Shown here piece by piece: positions 43,608 to 53,003 of a stretch of DNA of 64,000 nucleotides. The position numbers and the translations under genes are program-made. Under the pieces are notes generated by a model. The model saw only the letters and a list, made by a program, of their open reading frames with translations. It was not told where the DNA came from and did not search any database. This stretch comes from an uncultured Chloroflexia bacterium. GTDB lineage: Bacteria > Chloroflexota > Limnocylindria > Limnocylindrales > CSP1-4. The stretch lies in assembly GCA_963806175.1 (NCBI GenBank), contig CAWDXA010000011.1, positions 666,065-730,064 of the forward strand, given 5' to 3'. Numbering within the stretch: the first letter of the stretch is position 1; each line of letters opens with the position of its first letter.

Positions 43608-44316
43608 GACGACTTCACCGGTCTCCCTCGAGATCGAGGGCCTGCGCAGTGGCTACCACGGCGTGACGGTCCTCAAGGGCCTCGACTTCGCCGTCGGCGA
43701 CGAGATCTTCGCCGTGCTCGGGGCCAATGGCGCGGGAAAGACCACGCTGCTGGCGACCCTCGCCCGCCTCATCCCGCTCATGGCCGGGACGATCAGGTTC
43801 CAGGGCGAGGACGTGTCCAGGCTGCCCCCCTACGAGACCGCCGGCCGCGGGGTGGGCTACGTGCCCCAGGAGAAGGGCACCTTTCCCGACCTGACGGTCC
43901 TCGAGAACCTCCGCATCGGCGGGATGATCGGGGAACGCTCACGCGACGAGCGGATGGCCGAGGTGTTCGAGCTGTTCCCGGACCTGCGGGCCCTCCAGGC
44001 CCAGCCGGCGGGGACGCTCAGCGGCGGTGAGTCGCGCATGGTGGCCTGCGGGAGGGCCCTGATGCAGGACCCGAAGGTGCTGCTCCTCGACGAGCCCACG
44101 GCCGGCCTCTCGCCCCTCTATGTCGACATGTTCTTCGACAAGATCAGGGAGATCCACGAGACCAGGGGCGTCGCCATCGTCCTCGCCGAGCAGAACGCGA
44201 CGAAGACGCTGCAGGTCGCCGACCGGGTGATGGTGCTGAGCCTCGGCGAGGCATTCACCGTCATGGACGCCGCCGACCTGACGACCCAACAGCTGAAGGA
44301 GGGCTACCGGATCTGA
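43591..44316 (+). CDS. livF: HAAT ABC transporter ATP-binding protein, LivF-like
   Basis: Walker A GANGAGKTT, LSGGESRMVACGRAL, LLLDEPTAGLSP. Confidence 0.85.
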   Translation: MKAMSRTTSPVSLEIEGLRSGYHGVTVLKGLDFAVGDEIFAVLGANGAGKTTLLATLARLIPLMAGTIRFQGEDVSRLPPYETAGRGVGYVPQEKGTFPDLTVLENLRIGGMIGERSRDERMAEVFELFPDLRALQAQPAGTLSGGESRMVACGRALMQDPKVLLLDEPTAGLSPLYVDMFFDKIREIHETRGVAIVLAEQNATKTLQVADRVMVLSLGEAFTVMDAADLTTQQLKEGYRI

Positions 44317-44354
44317 CGACCCGCGCTTTGGGGTAGGACAGAGGAGGAGACGTA

Positions 44355-45761
44355 ATGAGAATCGGCAGAATCATGCCGGGCCGCATCATGGTCGTGATCA
44401 TGTCGCTCGCCCTGCTCGCCACCGCATGCACCAGCAGCGGCGCCACGACCGCGCCCGGCGCGTCGGCGGAAGCCACATCGGCCGCACCCACGGCGGCCGG
44501 CGCCAGCGCGACAACGGCCGCCTCGACCGAGCCGGTCGTGGTGTGCGAGCTCGCCTACTACACCGGTTCGTTCGCCGACTACGGGAAGTCACTCACGAAC
44601 GACGTACGGTTCCCGATCGAGGAGGTCATCGACAAGGACCCGCCGCTCGGTCGCACCTGGAACCTGGTCTCCGAGGACATCGGGGACGATCATGAAGGCC
44701 AGGCGGCCAAGATCTGCGTCGAGCAGCATCACGCCGAGGTGCTCGTGAGCATCGCTCACCAGTACCGGACCTACCGCGACTACATGATGGAATACTGGCA
44801 GGAGAACGACTCGCCGATCGGGCCGTCGGTCCACGGCGGGGCCATCCCGGGCAACCTCGGTGGCAAGGGCGCCGAGCCGATCTTCCGGGCCCAGGGCCTG
44901 GACCAGGCGCTGGGGACCTACGGGAGCCTGTACGCGGAGACCATCGGCGCCAAGAACGTCGTCATCTTCGCCACCCAGGTCGAAGGCTTCCAGCTGGCGG
45001 CCGACGCGGCCGAGAAGGCTGCCAAGATCCTCGGCCTCAACGTGATGGATCGCCTCGATGTCCCGGCCCAGCAGCCGTCCTACCGGGCAGAGGCCCAGAA
45101 GATCTTCGATCTGAAGCCCGATGCCGTCATCGTCCAGGCCGGATCCACGGAATCTGCCACGCTGATCAAGGCGGCGGCGGAGGCCGGCCTGTCGCTCACC
45201 TGGATCGGTGAGACCGGGTGGAGCGAGGCGCAGTTCATCGGCACGCTCGGCACCGATCCGATCAAGTCGCAGAAGGCGATCGGCTTCCCGTCGTTCGCGC
45301 CGAACAAGACGACCGCGGCCTGGGCCTTCTTCCAGCCGCTGTGGGATGCACAGACCGACGTGGCCTACGACGCCACGAACCAGTACGCCTTCTCGACCTA
45401 TGACCTCATGGTCCAGACGGCCCTGGCCGTCGAGGCCGCGGGTTCGTACAAGGCGAGTGCCTGGGCGCCGGCGATGTTCAAGGTCGGCGACCCGCCCGGA
45501 GAGGTCTGCTACACGTACGCCGACTGCCTCAAGCTGATCCGGGACGGCAAGGACATCGACTACGAGGGCGTCACCGGCCCCGGCACGTACACCAAGGGCG
45601 GCGTCAACGCCGTCACCCCGGCGTACATTCCGTTCAAGGCGGACGGAACGGCCGGCGAGGCCGTGCTCCTCGATGCGCAGAAGGGGCTGATGCTTCTCGA
45701 GCAGATCGTGACCTATGCGAAGTGCGACCCCGAGAACCCGCCCAACAAGTGTGAGTGGTAG
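44355..45761 (+). CDS. Leu/Ile/Val-binding-protein-family (type I periplasmic binding fold) substrate-binding lipoprotein, ligand unknown
   Basis: Lipobox LLATAC plus a Ser/Ala/Thr linker. 468 aa with paired Cys residues (VVCELAYY, KICVEQ, CYTYADC, KCDPENPPNKCEW). Last gene of the ABC operon. Confidence 0.8.
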   Translation: MRIGRIMPGRIMVVIMSLALLATACTSSGATTAPGASAEATSAAPTAAGASATTAASTEPVVVCELAYYTGSFADYGKSLTNDVRFPIEEVIDKDPPLGRTWNLVSEDIGDDHEGQAAKICVEQHHAEVLVSIAHQYRTYRDYMMEYWQENDSPIGPSVHGGAIPGNLGGKGAEPIFRAQGLDQALGTYGSLYAETIGAKNVVIFATQVEGFQLAADAAEKAAKILGLNVMDRLDVPAQQPSYRAEAQKIFDLKPDAVIVQAGSTESATLIKAAAEAGLSLTWIGETGWSEAQFIGTLGTDPIKSQKAIGFPSFAPNKTTAAWAFFQPLWDAQTDVAYDATNQYAFSTYDLMVQTALAVEAAGSYKASAWAPAMFKVGDPPGEVCYTYADCLKLIRDGKDIDYEGVTGPGTYTKGGVNAVTPAYIPFKADGTAGEAVLLDAQKGLMLLEQIVTYAKCDPENPPNKCEW

Positions 45762-45792
45762 AGGCCGGGAGCCTGACTGACACCGGCCGAAG

Positions 45793-45823
45793 GGGGTCCT
45801 CCCGCCGCCAGGCGGAGGACCCC
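45793..45823 (+). terminator. strong GC hairpin after the binding-protein gene
   Basis: 13-bp stem with one bulged C: GGGGTCCT(C)CCGCC, loop GCCA, GGCGGAGGACCCC. It starts 32 nt after the stop. No U-tract. Confidence 0.5.
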
Positions 45824-45838
45824 GGTCTCGATCATGGT

Positions 45839-45871
45839 CGCCCCGGGGCGCCTTGCCGGCGCCCCGGGGCG
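45839..45871. repeat. twin perfect 12-bp palindromes CGCCCCGGGGCG, spaced 21 bp start to start
   Basis: Copies at 45839-45850 and 45860-45871, about 85-117 bp upstream of ATG 45956 (SD AGGAGG). Confidence 0.7.
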
Positions 45872-45955
45872 GAACCGAAGCCAGGCGGCAGGGCTGTCAG
45901 CTGAACCAGGGCTGTCCGACGAGACACGACGAAGGTACGTAGGAGGAAAGCACTG

Positions 45956-47728
45956 ATGCCCCTCAAGGAAGAGGTCCTCGACCAGTTCCTCGGCGACGAG
46001 GCGTTTCCGGTCGAATGGTCGTCGGACACGGAGAAGCTGCTCTTCTGGGTCTACGACGACCTGCATTGTCCGCATCCACTGAGCCCGATGTACGAGGACA
46101 TCGGCGGCTGGTGGCTGTCGTGCGATCACATGTTCCGTCGCTTCGGCACGCCGTTCGCGACCGACTGGATCGCCAAGAACGTCAACGGCTACCTGTACAC
46201 GGCGGCCATCCCGGCGGAGGCCGGGTTGAAGACCGGTGCCCAGGAATACGGCTACGCGATCAACCCGGTCGTCCCCGAGGACCCCGAGTACGCCGCCAGG
46301 ATCGGCACGTACCTCGGCGCGGTGCTCCCGACCTACGGGCTGCAGTTCGTGGACTGGTGGCGCGATCGGCTGGTCCCGGAGATGGACCGCAACTTCGCCT
46401 ATCTCGAAGGCATGCTCGACAAGGAACACCAGCTCAACCTGATGGAGCTGGCCTGCCTGTTCGAGGACGCCATCGACATCCATGATCGTCACTGGAAGAT
46501 CCACTGGATGCTCAACTTCGCCCAGCTGTCCGCGACCCTCAACCTGCGGGCGGTCATGGAGAAGACCCACGGCAAGATCAACGAGCAGCTGCTGGGCCGC
46601 CTCCAGAACTCCGCCAAGGATCGCAACTGGGACTCGATCCACGCCCTCTGGAAGATGAAGGAAGAGGCCAAGGCCGATCCCGACCTGGCCGCCATCTTCA
46701 AGGCCGACACGGCCGGCGAGATCATCGTCGCCCTCAAGGCCAGCGAGCGCGGCCGGCGCTTCATCGACGAACGCGTCGTGCCCTACCAGAAGGAATACGG
46801 CTGGCACGCCGTGTGGAGCCACGAGTTCATCTTCCCGACGGTCCGCGAGCAGATGGAGCCGGTCATCGAACTGGTCCGCGGCTACATCGAGACGAACTAC
46901 AACTATCCGAAGACGATCGCCGCGCTGGCCGCCGACATCGACGCCGCGGCGAAGGAGATCCTCGAAGGCCTCGACGGCGACGCGCTCGCCGAGATGCGCG
47001 CCGCCAACGAGATCAACCTGCGGATGGCCCCGCTGACCCCGGACCATCACTTCTACATCGACCAGGGGGCGAACGCCCACGTCCGGCTCGTGCTCGTGGC
47101 GATCGGCCGCAAGCTCGTCGCCTCCGGCCACCTCGACACCCCGGACGACGTCGTCTACTTCAAGTACAACGAGCTCCGCGTGTTCATGGGCAACCCGGAC
47201 GGCATGGACGGCCGGGCGCTCGTGGCGGAGCGCAAGGCCGCCCGCCAGCGGGCCTACGGCTTCCGGCCGAAGGAGTGGGTCGGCACGGTCACGGCCACCC
47301 AGCTCGCCTTCCCGTACCTGAACCTGTGGGGGTTCCCGGACAAGTTCTACCGGAAGGCGTCGACCGTCGCCGGACAGATCAACGGGATCGGTGCCTCGCC
47401 GGGCGTCGTCGAAGGCATCGCCCGAGTGGTCCTTCGCGAGGAGCAGTTCGACGACGTGCGGGCGGGGGACGTCCTCGTCTGCCAGATGACGAACCCGGCC
47501 TGGGTCGTCCTGTTCACCAAGATCGTCGGCCTGGTCACCGATGCCGGCGGCACGGTCTCCCACCCCGCGGTCCTGTCGCGCGAGTTCGGGATCCCGGCCG
47601 TGGTCGGCACCTCGGTGGCCACCGAGCAGATCAAGAACGGGGACCGGATCCGGATCGACGGGACCAGTGGCGTGGTCGAGATCCTCGTTGCGGCTCCCAC
47701 CCTGGCGGCCGTCGGATTCAAGGACTGA
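45956..47728 (+). CDS. PEP-utilising-enzyme mobile-domain protein, PpsA-like (substrate/His-swivel subunit of a dikinase-type phosphotransferase)
   Basis: Intact 590 aa. The C-terminal swivel domain carries the catalytic His: GIGASPGVVEGIARVV...VLVCQMTNPAWVVLFTKIVGLVTDAGGTVSHPAVLSREFGIPAVVG. The first approximately 440 aa have no ATP-grasp or TIM-barrel motifs. LLFWVYDDLHCPHPLSPMYE resembles the N-terminal motif I recall from phenylphosphate synthase alpha subunits (memory only). Confidence 0.7.
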   Translation: MPLKEEVLDQFLGDEAFPVEWSSDTEKLLFWVYDDLHCPHPLSPMYEDIGGWWLSCDHMFRRFGTPFATDWIAKNVNGYLYTAAIPAEAGLKTGAQEYGYAINPVVPEDPEYAARIGTYLGAVLPTYGLQFVDWWRDRLVPEMDRNFAYLEGMLDKEHQLNLMELACLFEDAIDIHDRHWKIHWMLNFAQLSATLNLRAVMEKTHGKINEQLLGRLQNSAKDRNWDSIHALWKMKEEAKADPDLAAIFKADTAGEIIVALKASERGRRFIDERVVPYQKEYGWHAVWSHEFIFPTVREQMEPVIELVRGYIETNYNYPKTIAALAADIDAAAKEILEGLDGDALAEMRAANEINLRMAPLTPDHHFYIDQGANAHVRLVLVAIGRKLVASGHLDTPDDVVYFKYNELRVFMGNPDGMDGRALVAERKAARQRAYGFRPKEWVGTVTATQLAFPYLNLWGFPDKFYRKASTVAGQINGIGASPGVVEGIARVVLREEQFDDVRAGDVLVCQMTNPAWVVLFTKIVGLVTDAGGTVSHPAVLSREFGIPAVVGTSVATEQIKNGDRIRIDGTSGVVEILVAAPTLAAVGFKD

Positions 47729-47738
47729 CCCGACGGCC

Positions 47739-48458
47739 ATGAACGCCCAAGCCGCGATCTCGCGCAGCGTCCTCAGCGACCAGGTCAAGGACCGCCTCCT
47801 CCAGGCGATCCTGGACGGCCGCTACCCGCCGGGCGCCCGGATCGTCGAGACCCGGGTCGCCCGGGAGCTCGGCACGAGCCAGGCACCCGTTCGGGAGGCG
47901 CTGCGCGACCTCGAGGCGCTCGGGGTTGTCGAGACAACCGCATTCCGGGGAGCTCGCGTCCGCCGCCCGTCGGCGGCCGAGCTCCTCGAAGCCTTCGCCA
48001 TTCGGGCGGAGCTCGAGTCGCTGGCCGCCCGACTCGCGATCCCACGGTTCACCGATGCCGACATCGACGAGCTCGACGGCTACGTGACCGAGATGCAACG
48101 GGCCGCCGAAGCCGGAGATGCCCACGCCGAGGCCACGGCCGACGCCGCCTTCCACGGGCGGATCGTCGAGATGGCAGCCAACTCCACCCTGCTCCGCGTC
48201 TGGCGCACGCTCGAGCCCTTCTCCCGCACCCATATCACGATCGTCGCGCCGGGGGCCGATCCACGCCAGATTGCGGACGCGCACGTGATCGTCCTCAATG
48301 CGCTCCGCCGGCGCGACACCGCACTGGCGGTCGAGGTCCTCCACGACCACTTCGCCAACGCCGGCGCCATGCTGGCACGACACTGGGGCGACAACGGCTC
48401 GTCCGCCATGCCAGGCGAGGCGGACGACATCCCGACGCTCATCGAGCGTCCGGCCTGA
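47739..48458 (+). CDS. GntR-family transcriptional regulator, FadR/FCD subfamily (paralog 2)
   Basis: RIVETRVARELGTSQAPVREALRDLEALGVVETTAFRGARV plus an FCD-like domain. Roughly 60% identical by eye to the regulator at 34810, with the LGTSQAPVREALR stretch identical. Confidence 0.9.
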   Translation: MNAQAAISRSVLSDQVKDRLLQAILDGRYPPGARIVETRVARELGTSQAPVREALRDLEALGVVETTAFRGARVRRPSAAELLEAFAIRAELESLAARLAIPRFTDADIDELDGYVTEMQRAAEAGDAHAEATADAAFHGRIVEMAANSTLLRVWRTLEPFSRTHITIVAPGADPRQIADAHVIVLNALRRRDTALAVEVLHDHFANAGAMLARHWGDNGSSAMPGEADDIPTLIERPA

Positions 48459-48489
48459 ACCTGCCGATCACCACGGACGAAAGGACGAC

Positions 48490-49377
48490 ATGAGCGACCA
48501 GCTGCAACTTTCGGAGGAGATGTCGGCCGGGGAGGCCCGCCTGAGGGTGGACGTCTACGGCGATGCGCCGCGCGAGCACGTCCTCGACGATCTGAACTTC
48601 CTCAACTACCGGCTCGCCGACGTCCGCATCTCGCCCGAGGTGACGCTGGCGGTCCCGGACATCACCTGGTGCCAGGACGGCGACAAGGCGATCTCGTACG
48701 ACGGACGGACGATGGCGTTCAGCGGCCCGTGGCCGGCGGGACCCATTCAGAAGGTCGTCGTCGCGATGCTGGCGCTGCGGATGGAGGCCGTCGGGCTCCA
48801 CCCCTTCCACGCCTCGGCGGTCCGGTATGGTGGCCGGACGGTCATGTTCCTGGGCGGCGAATCGAACCACGGCAAGTCGATGGGCCAGATCGAGGCCTGC
48901 CGGCGTGGGGCCCAGCTCGTCTCGACCGAGACGACGGTCGTCGACGAGGCGGGCCGGGCCGTCATGGGTTCGAAGTCGGTCTTCCTGAAGAAGCGCACCG
49001 AGGGGACCGAGCGCGCCGACAAGGCGGCACCCGAGCGCGGCGTCCAGAAGTTCTTCGGCGACATGCCGACCTGGGACCAGTACGACGAGCCGTCGAGCGT
49101 CGACGTCGTCGTCGTCCCGGCGATCGACGGCAACTTCGACCCGAGCCTGGCCGAGATGATCCCGTTCGAACGCCAGTTCCAGACCCTCCACTCGCTCCAG
49201 AACTACTTCCTGCTCAACGAGCTGCTGGCGCCGGGCTTCCCGATGCCGATCGTCGACAACGAGGCGCTCCGCCGTCAGCGGGCCGGGTTCGTCGCCCGGT
49301 TCTCCGACCGTCCGTACTACTTCGTCCGTGCAGCCACCCCGCAGGTGCTGATGGACGAGGTCGACCGGATCCTCTGA
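48490..49377 (+). CDS. HPr-kinase/phosphorylase-like P-loop protein (HprK C-terminal-domain-like), function unknown
   Basis: Intact 296 aa. LHPFHASAVRYGGRTVMFLGGESNHGKSMGQIEACRRGAQLVSTETTVVDE follows the HprK-C pattern (H..V.....V...G.S..GKS......RG..LV.D). The assignment is by eye and needs an HMM check. Confidence 0.45.
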   Translation: MSDQLQLSEEMSAGEARLRVDVYGDAPREHVLDDLNFLNYRLADVRISPEVTLAVPDITWCQDGDKAISYDGRTMAFSGPWPAGPIQKVVVAMLALRMEAVGLHPFHASAVRYGGRTVMFLGGESNHGKSMGQIEACRRGAQLVSTETTVVDEAGRAVMGSKSVFLKKRTEGTERADKAAPERGVQKFFGDMPTWDQYDEPSSVDVVVVPAIDGNFDPSLAEMIPFERQFQTLHSLQNYFLLNELLAPGFPMPIVDNEALRRQRAGFVARFSDRPYYFVRAATPQVLMDEVDRIL

Positions 49378-49391
49378 GACCGGACAGACCG

Positions 49392-50255
49392 ATGCAGCCG
49401 TTCACCTACGCCCGACCGGCGACCGTGGCCGAGGCCGTGGCCCTGCTCCAGGAGCACGGCCCCGACGCGCGCGTCCTGGCCGGGGGGACCGATCTCATCA
49501 TTCGCCTGCGCGACCGGTCCGCTCGTCCGACGGTCGTCGTCGATGTCAAGCGGATCGCCGAGCTCGACCCCGCGATCGTCGAGGTGGATGGGCGACTCCG
49601 GATCGGCGCGACCACCGTGATGACCGACATCGTGGCCGACGAGCGGGTGCAGCGGTTGTTCCCGGCGCTGGTCGAGGCAGCCTCGGTCGTCGGTTCCGTC
49701 CAGATCCGCAACCGGGCGACGCTGGCCGGCAATCTGTGCAACGCGTCGCCGGCCGCCGACACCGCGCCGGCCCTGCTCGTGTACGGCGCGGCCATCCTGG
49801 CCGCCGGGCCGTCGGGCACGCGGCGGATCCCGCTCACCGAGTTCTTCGTCCGGTCGGGCGAGACCACCCTTGCCCGGGGCGAGCTCGTGATCGCGATCGA
49901 GCTGCCCCTGCCCGGGCGCCCGACGGGTTCGGCCCACGTTCGCCGGACGAGGCGCCGCGGACACGATCTCGCGTCCGTGACGCTGGCCGTCGCGATCGAC
50001 GATACCGGCCTGACGCGACTGGCCTACGGCAGCGTCGGTCCGCGACCGGTCCTCGTCGTCGACGAGAGCGGCGTCCTCGCCGACCGCGACGCGACCGATG
50101 CCGCCAGGACGGCCGCCCTCGATCGCCTGCTGGTGGACGCGAGCCCTTCGCCGCGCTCGATGCGGGCCGGCCCGGAGTACCGGCTGGCGATGCTCCGGGT
50201 GCTTGCCGTCCGCGCCGTGCGGACCTCGCTCGACCGCCTGGCCGCGGGAAGCTGA
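49392..50255 (+). CDS. molybdenum hydroxylase FAD-binding (medium, CoxM/XdhB-like) subunit
   Basis: MQPFTYARPATVAEAVALLQEHG...LAGGTDLIIRLR...IRNRATLAGNLCNASPAADT. Confidence 0.85.
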   Translation: MQPFTYARPATVAEAVALLQEHGPDARVLAGGTDLIIRLRDRSARPTVVVDVKRIAELDPAIVEVDGRLRIGATTVMTDIVADERVQRLFPALVEAASVVGSVQIRNRATLAGNLCNASPAADTAPALLVYGAAILAAGPSGTRRIPLTEFFVRSGETTLARGELVIAIELPLPGRPTGSAHVRRTRRRGHDLASVTLAVAIDDTGLTRLAYGSVGPRPVLVVDESGVLADRDATDAARTAALDRLLVDASPSPRSMRAGPEYRLAMLRVLAVRAVRTSLDRLAAGS

Positions 50256-50259
50256 CGCC

Positions 50260-50736
50260 GTGACGACGACCATGACCATCGAACTGACCGTGAACGGGCG
50301 ATCGCGCAGGCTCGACGTGGCGCCGAACCACACGCTGCTCGACGTCCTCCGCGACGAGCTCGGCCTGACCGGCACCAAGGAATGCTGCCTCGTGGGCGAA
50401 TGCGGGGCCTGCACCGTGAGCCTCGACGGCCGAATCGTCGACTCGTGCCTCGTGCTCGCGATCGAGGCCGATGGCGCGGCAGTCACGACGATCGAAGGCC
50501 TCGCGACCGACGGTCGGATGAGCCCGCTCCAGGCCGCGTTCCTCGACAAGGGCGCCGTCCAGTGCGGCTACTGCATCCCCGGGCAGGTGATGGCCGCCCA
50601 GGATCTCCTCGAGCGCGTCCCGCACCCGACCGTGGCCCAGATCCAGGAGGGTCTCGCCGGCAACCTCTGCCGGTGTGGCTGCTATGGCCAGATCACCGAG
50701 GCGGTGCTGGCCACGGCCGAGGCGCTGGACCGATGA
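50260..50736 (+). CDS. molybdenum hydroxylase [2Fe-2S] (small, CoxS-like) subunit
   Basis: Two cluster motifs: CLVGECGACTV and CGYCIPGQVM...LCRCGCY. An alternative start is ATG 50272. Confidence 0.9.
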   Translation: MTTTMTIELTVNGRSRRLDVAPNHTLLDVLRDELGLTGTKECCLVGECGACTVSLDGRIVDSCLVLAIEADGAAVTTIEGLATDGRMSPLQAAFLDKGAVQCGYCIPGQVMAAQDLLERVPHPTVAQIQEGLAGNLCRCGCYGQITEAVLATAEALDR

Positions 50737-53003
50737 GCGCGGGGCGGGTCGGCGGGTCGCCACGGCGTGTCGGCGGCCAGGACCGGGTGACCGGGCTCCA
50801 GCGCTACGTGGCCGACATCCACCTGCCCGACGAGCTTCATGCCAGCCTGGTCACCGTGCCCTGTGCCCGGGCGCGCATCCTGTCGATCGACACGAGCGCC
50901 GCCGAGCGAGTGCCGGGCGTCCGGCTGATCGTGTCCGCCGCCGACCTTCCCCAGCCCACGCCGCGCTTCGGCCCGCAGTTCCGGGACCGGCCGGTGATCG
51001 CGGTCGACGAGACGAAGTATCACGGCGAGCCGGTCGCGGCCGTGGCGGCCGACAGCCGCGACGCCGCGGCCGAGGCGGCCCGGCTCGTCAGGGTGGAGTT
51101 CGAGGAGCTGCCGGCGATCTTCACCGTCGCGGCCGCACTCGATCCGGGGGCGCCGCTCGTGCAGGACCCGAGCCTGCGACCGAACGATCCGCTCGCCGCC
51201 ACCAACGTCCTGCGCGAGCACGTCATCGGGTGGGGCGATGTCGACGCGGCGACCGCGGACCTGATCGTCGACCAGCGCTACACCTTCCCGATGGTCACCC
51301 ACTTCGCGATCGAGCCGCACGCCTTCATGGCTGCGCCGGACGGCGATGGAATCGCCGTGTGGAGCTCGATCCAGCATCCGAACTGGCTCCAGAAGACCAT
51401 CGCCGATCTGCTCGCCCTCCCGCTCTCCAGGGTCCGCGTGTTCGCCCCGGATCCGGGCGGCGGCTTCGGCGGCAAGCAGCACACCAAGTACGAGCCGCTC
51501 GTCGCGCTGATGGCGCTCCGGGCCGGACAACCCGTCCGGCTCGTGCTGTCGCTCGAGGAGACGTTCCAGGCCGTCCGGCGCACCGCGGCCGAGGTGCGAG
51601 TCCGGACTGGGCTGCGGACGGATGGAACGCTCGTCTTCGAGGATGTCACCGCCGACTACCTGATCGGCGCCTACGCGGACATCGCCGACCGGGTGGTCGG
51701 CAAGGGCAGCTATCCCGCCTGCGGGCCGTATCGCGTGCCGGCCGGACGGGTCGCGGCCCGGAGCATCCTCTCGCACACGGTTCCGTCAACGGCCTTCCGC
51801 GGGTTCGGGAACCCGCAGGTGAACTGGGCCGTGGAGTCGAATCTCAACGAGGCCGCCCGGCGCCTCGGGATCGACCCGCTCGAGCTCCGCCTCCACAACC
51901 TCGCCCGCAAGGGCGAGGCGTTCATCCCGTTCGACACGCCGGCGGACGGCGAGTGGGACCAGACGGTCCGACGCGCCGCCGACCTCATCGGGTGGGGCAC
52001 GCCGCCTCGCCCGGGTCGCGGTCGAGGGATCGCCGTCGGCATCAAGTCCGGACCAACGACGGGGTTGTCGTATTCGACCGTGCGCCTCCTGTCCGACGGC
52101 AGCGTGATCGTCTACGCGGGCACGTCCGACATGGGCCAGGGCGCGCGAACGGTCTTCGCCCAGATCGCCGCCGACGAGCTCGGCGCGCCGATCGATTGGG
52201 TCACCGTCGTCATGGGCGACACGGCGGTCGTCCCGTACGACCAGCAGACGTCGGCCAGCCGATCGACCGTGCTGATGGGCAACGCCGTCCTGGCCGCCTG
52301 CCGCGACGTCCAGGCGAAGGTGCGGGCCATGGCCGCCCGGCTCCACGGGGTCGACGAGGCGTCGATCGCCGTCGAGCACGGGACCGTCCGCCTGCCCGAC
52401 CGCGAGCTTCCGATCGTCGACGTGGTCAAGCCCGGTCTCGGGCGACTGGGCGGGGAGCTGATCGGCAACGGCGAGATGCGCAAGGACGCCGAACCCGACC
52501 ACCCGCTGGGTGGCAGCGCGGCGTTCTTCGAGTTCAACTGCACGGCCATCGAGGCCGAGGTCGACGAGCAGACCGGCGACGTCACGATCGTTCGCCACGT
52601 CACGGTCTCGGACGTCGGGAAGTCCATCAACCCGCTGCAGGTCACGATGCAGGACGAGGGCGCCGCCATCCAGGGGCTCGGCCACACGTTGATGGAGCAC
52701 TACATCTTCGACGAGACGGGCCGGATCCGGAACCTTGGCGCGATCGACTACCGGATCCCGACGAGCATGGACCTGCCGCTGGAGATGATCAGCGCGACCG
52801 TCGAGAACGGGGACGGTCCGGGCCCGTATGGCTCAAAGGGGATGAGCGAGGGCGCGTTGCTGTGTGTCGCCCCCGCGGTGGCGGCGGCCGTGCACGACGC
52901 CACGGGAGCGGTCATCCGCGACCTGCCGCTCACGCCGGAACGCGTCTGGCGGGCCCTCAACGAGCGACCATCGAGGGAGACCAAGCGGGAGGGCGGAACG
53001 TGA
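50733..53003 (+). CDS. molybdenum hydroxylase molybdopterin-binding (large) subunit, xanthine-dehydrogenase/aldehyde-oxidase type
   Basis: ATGA overlap with the small subunit. Motifs: RRVGGQDRVTGLQRYVADI, GGGFGGK, AFRGFGNPQ, GTSDMGQG, SKGMSEG. Lacks the CODH AYxCSFR loop. Confidence 0.9.
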   Translation: MSAGRVGGSPRRVGGQDRVTGLQRYVADIHLPDELHASLVTVPCARARILSIDTSAAERVPGVRLIVSAADLPQPTPRFGPQFRDRPVIAVDETKYHGEPVAAVAADSRDAAAEAARLVRVEFEELPAIFTVAAALDPGAPLVQDPSLRPNDPLAATNVLREHVIGWGDVDAATADLIVDQRYTFPMVTHFAIEPHAFMAAPDGDGIAVWSSIQHPNWLQKTIADLLALPLSRVRVFAPDPGGGFGGKQHTKYEPLVALMALRAGQPVRLVLSLEETFQAVRRTAAEVRVRTGLRTDGTLVFEDVTADYLIGAYADIADRVVGKGSYPACGPYRVPAGRVAARSILSHTVPSTAFRGFGNPQVNWAVESNLNEAARRLGIDPLELRLHNLARKGEAFIPFDTPADGEWDQTVRRAADLIGWGTPPRPGRGRGIAVGIKSGPTTGLSYSTVRLLSDGSVIVYAGTSDMGQGARTVFAQIAADELGAPIDWVTVVMGDTAVVPYDQQTSASRSTVLMGNAVLAACRDVQAKVRAMAARLHGVDEASIAVEHGTVRLPDRELPIVDVVKPGLGRLGGELIGNGEMRKDAEPDHPLGGSAAFFEFNCTAIEAEVDEQTGDVTIVRHVTVSDVGKSINPLQVTMQDEGAAIQGLGHTLMEHYIFDETGRIRNLGAIDYRIPTSMDLPLEMISATVENGDGPGPYGSKGMSEGALLCVAPAVAAAVHDATGAVIRDLPLTPERVWRALNERPSRETKREGGT

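Noticed and set aside
50733-53003. Identity of the Mo-hydroxylase as aerobic CO dehydrogenase (CoxMSL order).
   Set aside because: The large subunit has the xanthine-dehydrogenase/aldehyde-oxidase type loop AFRGFGNPQ and lacks the CODH active-site loop (AYxCSFR). No coxDEFG accessory genes follow.
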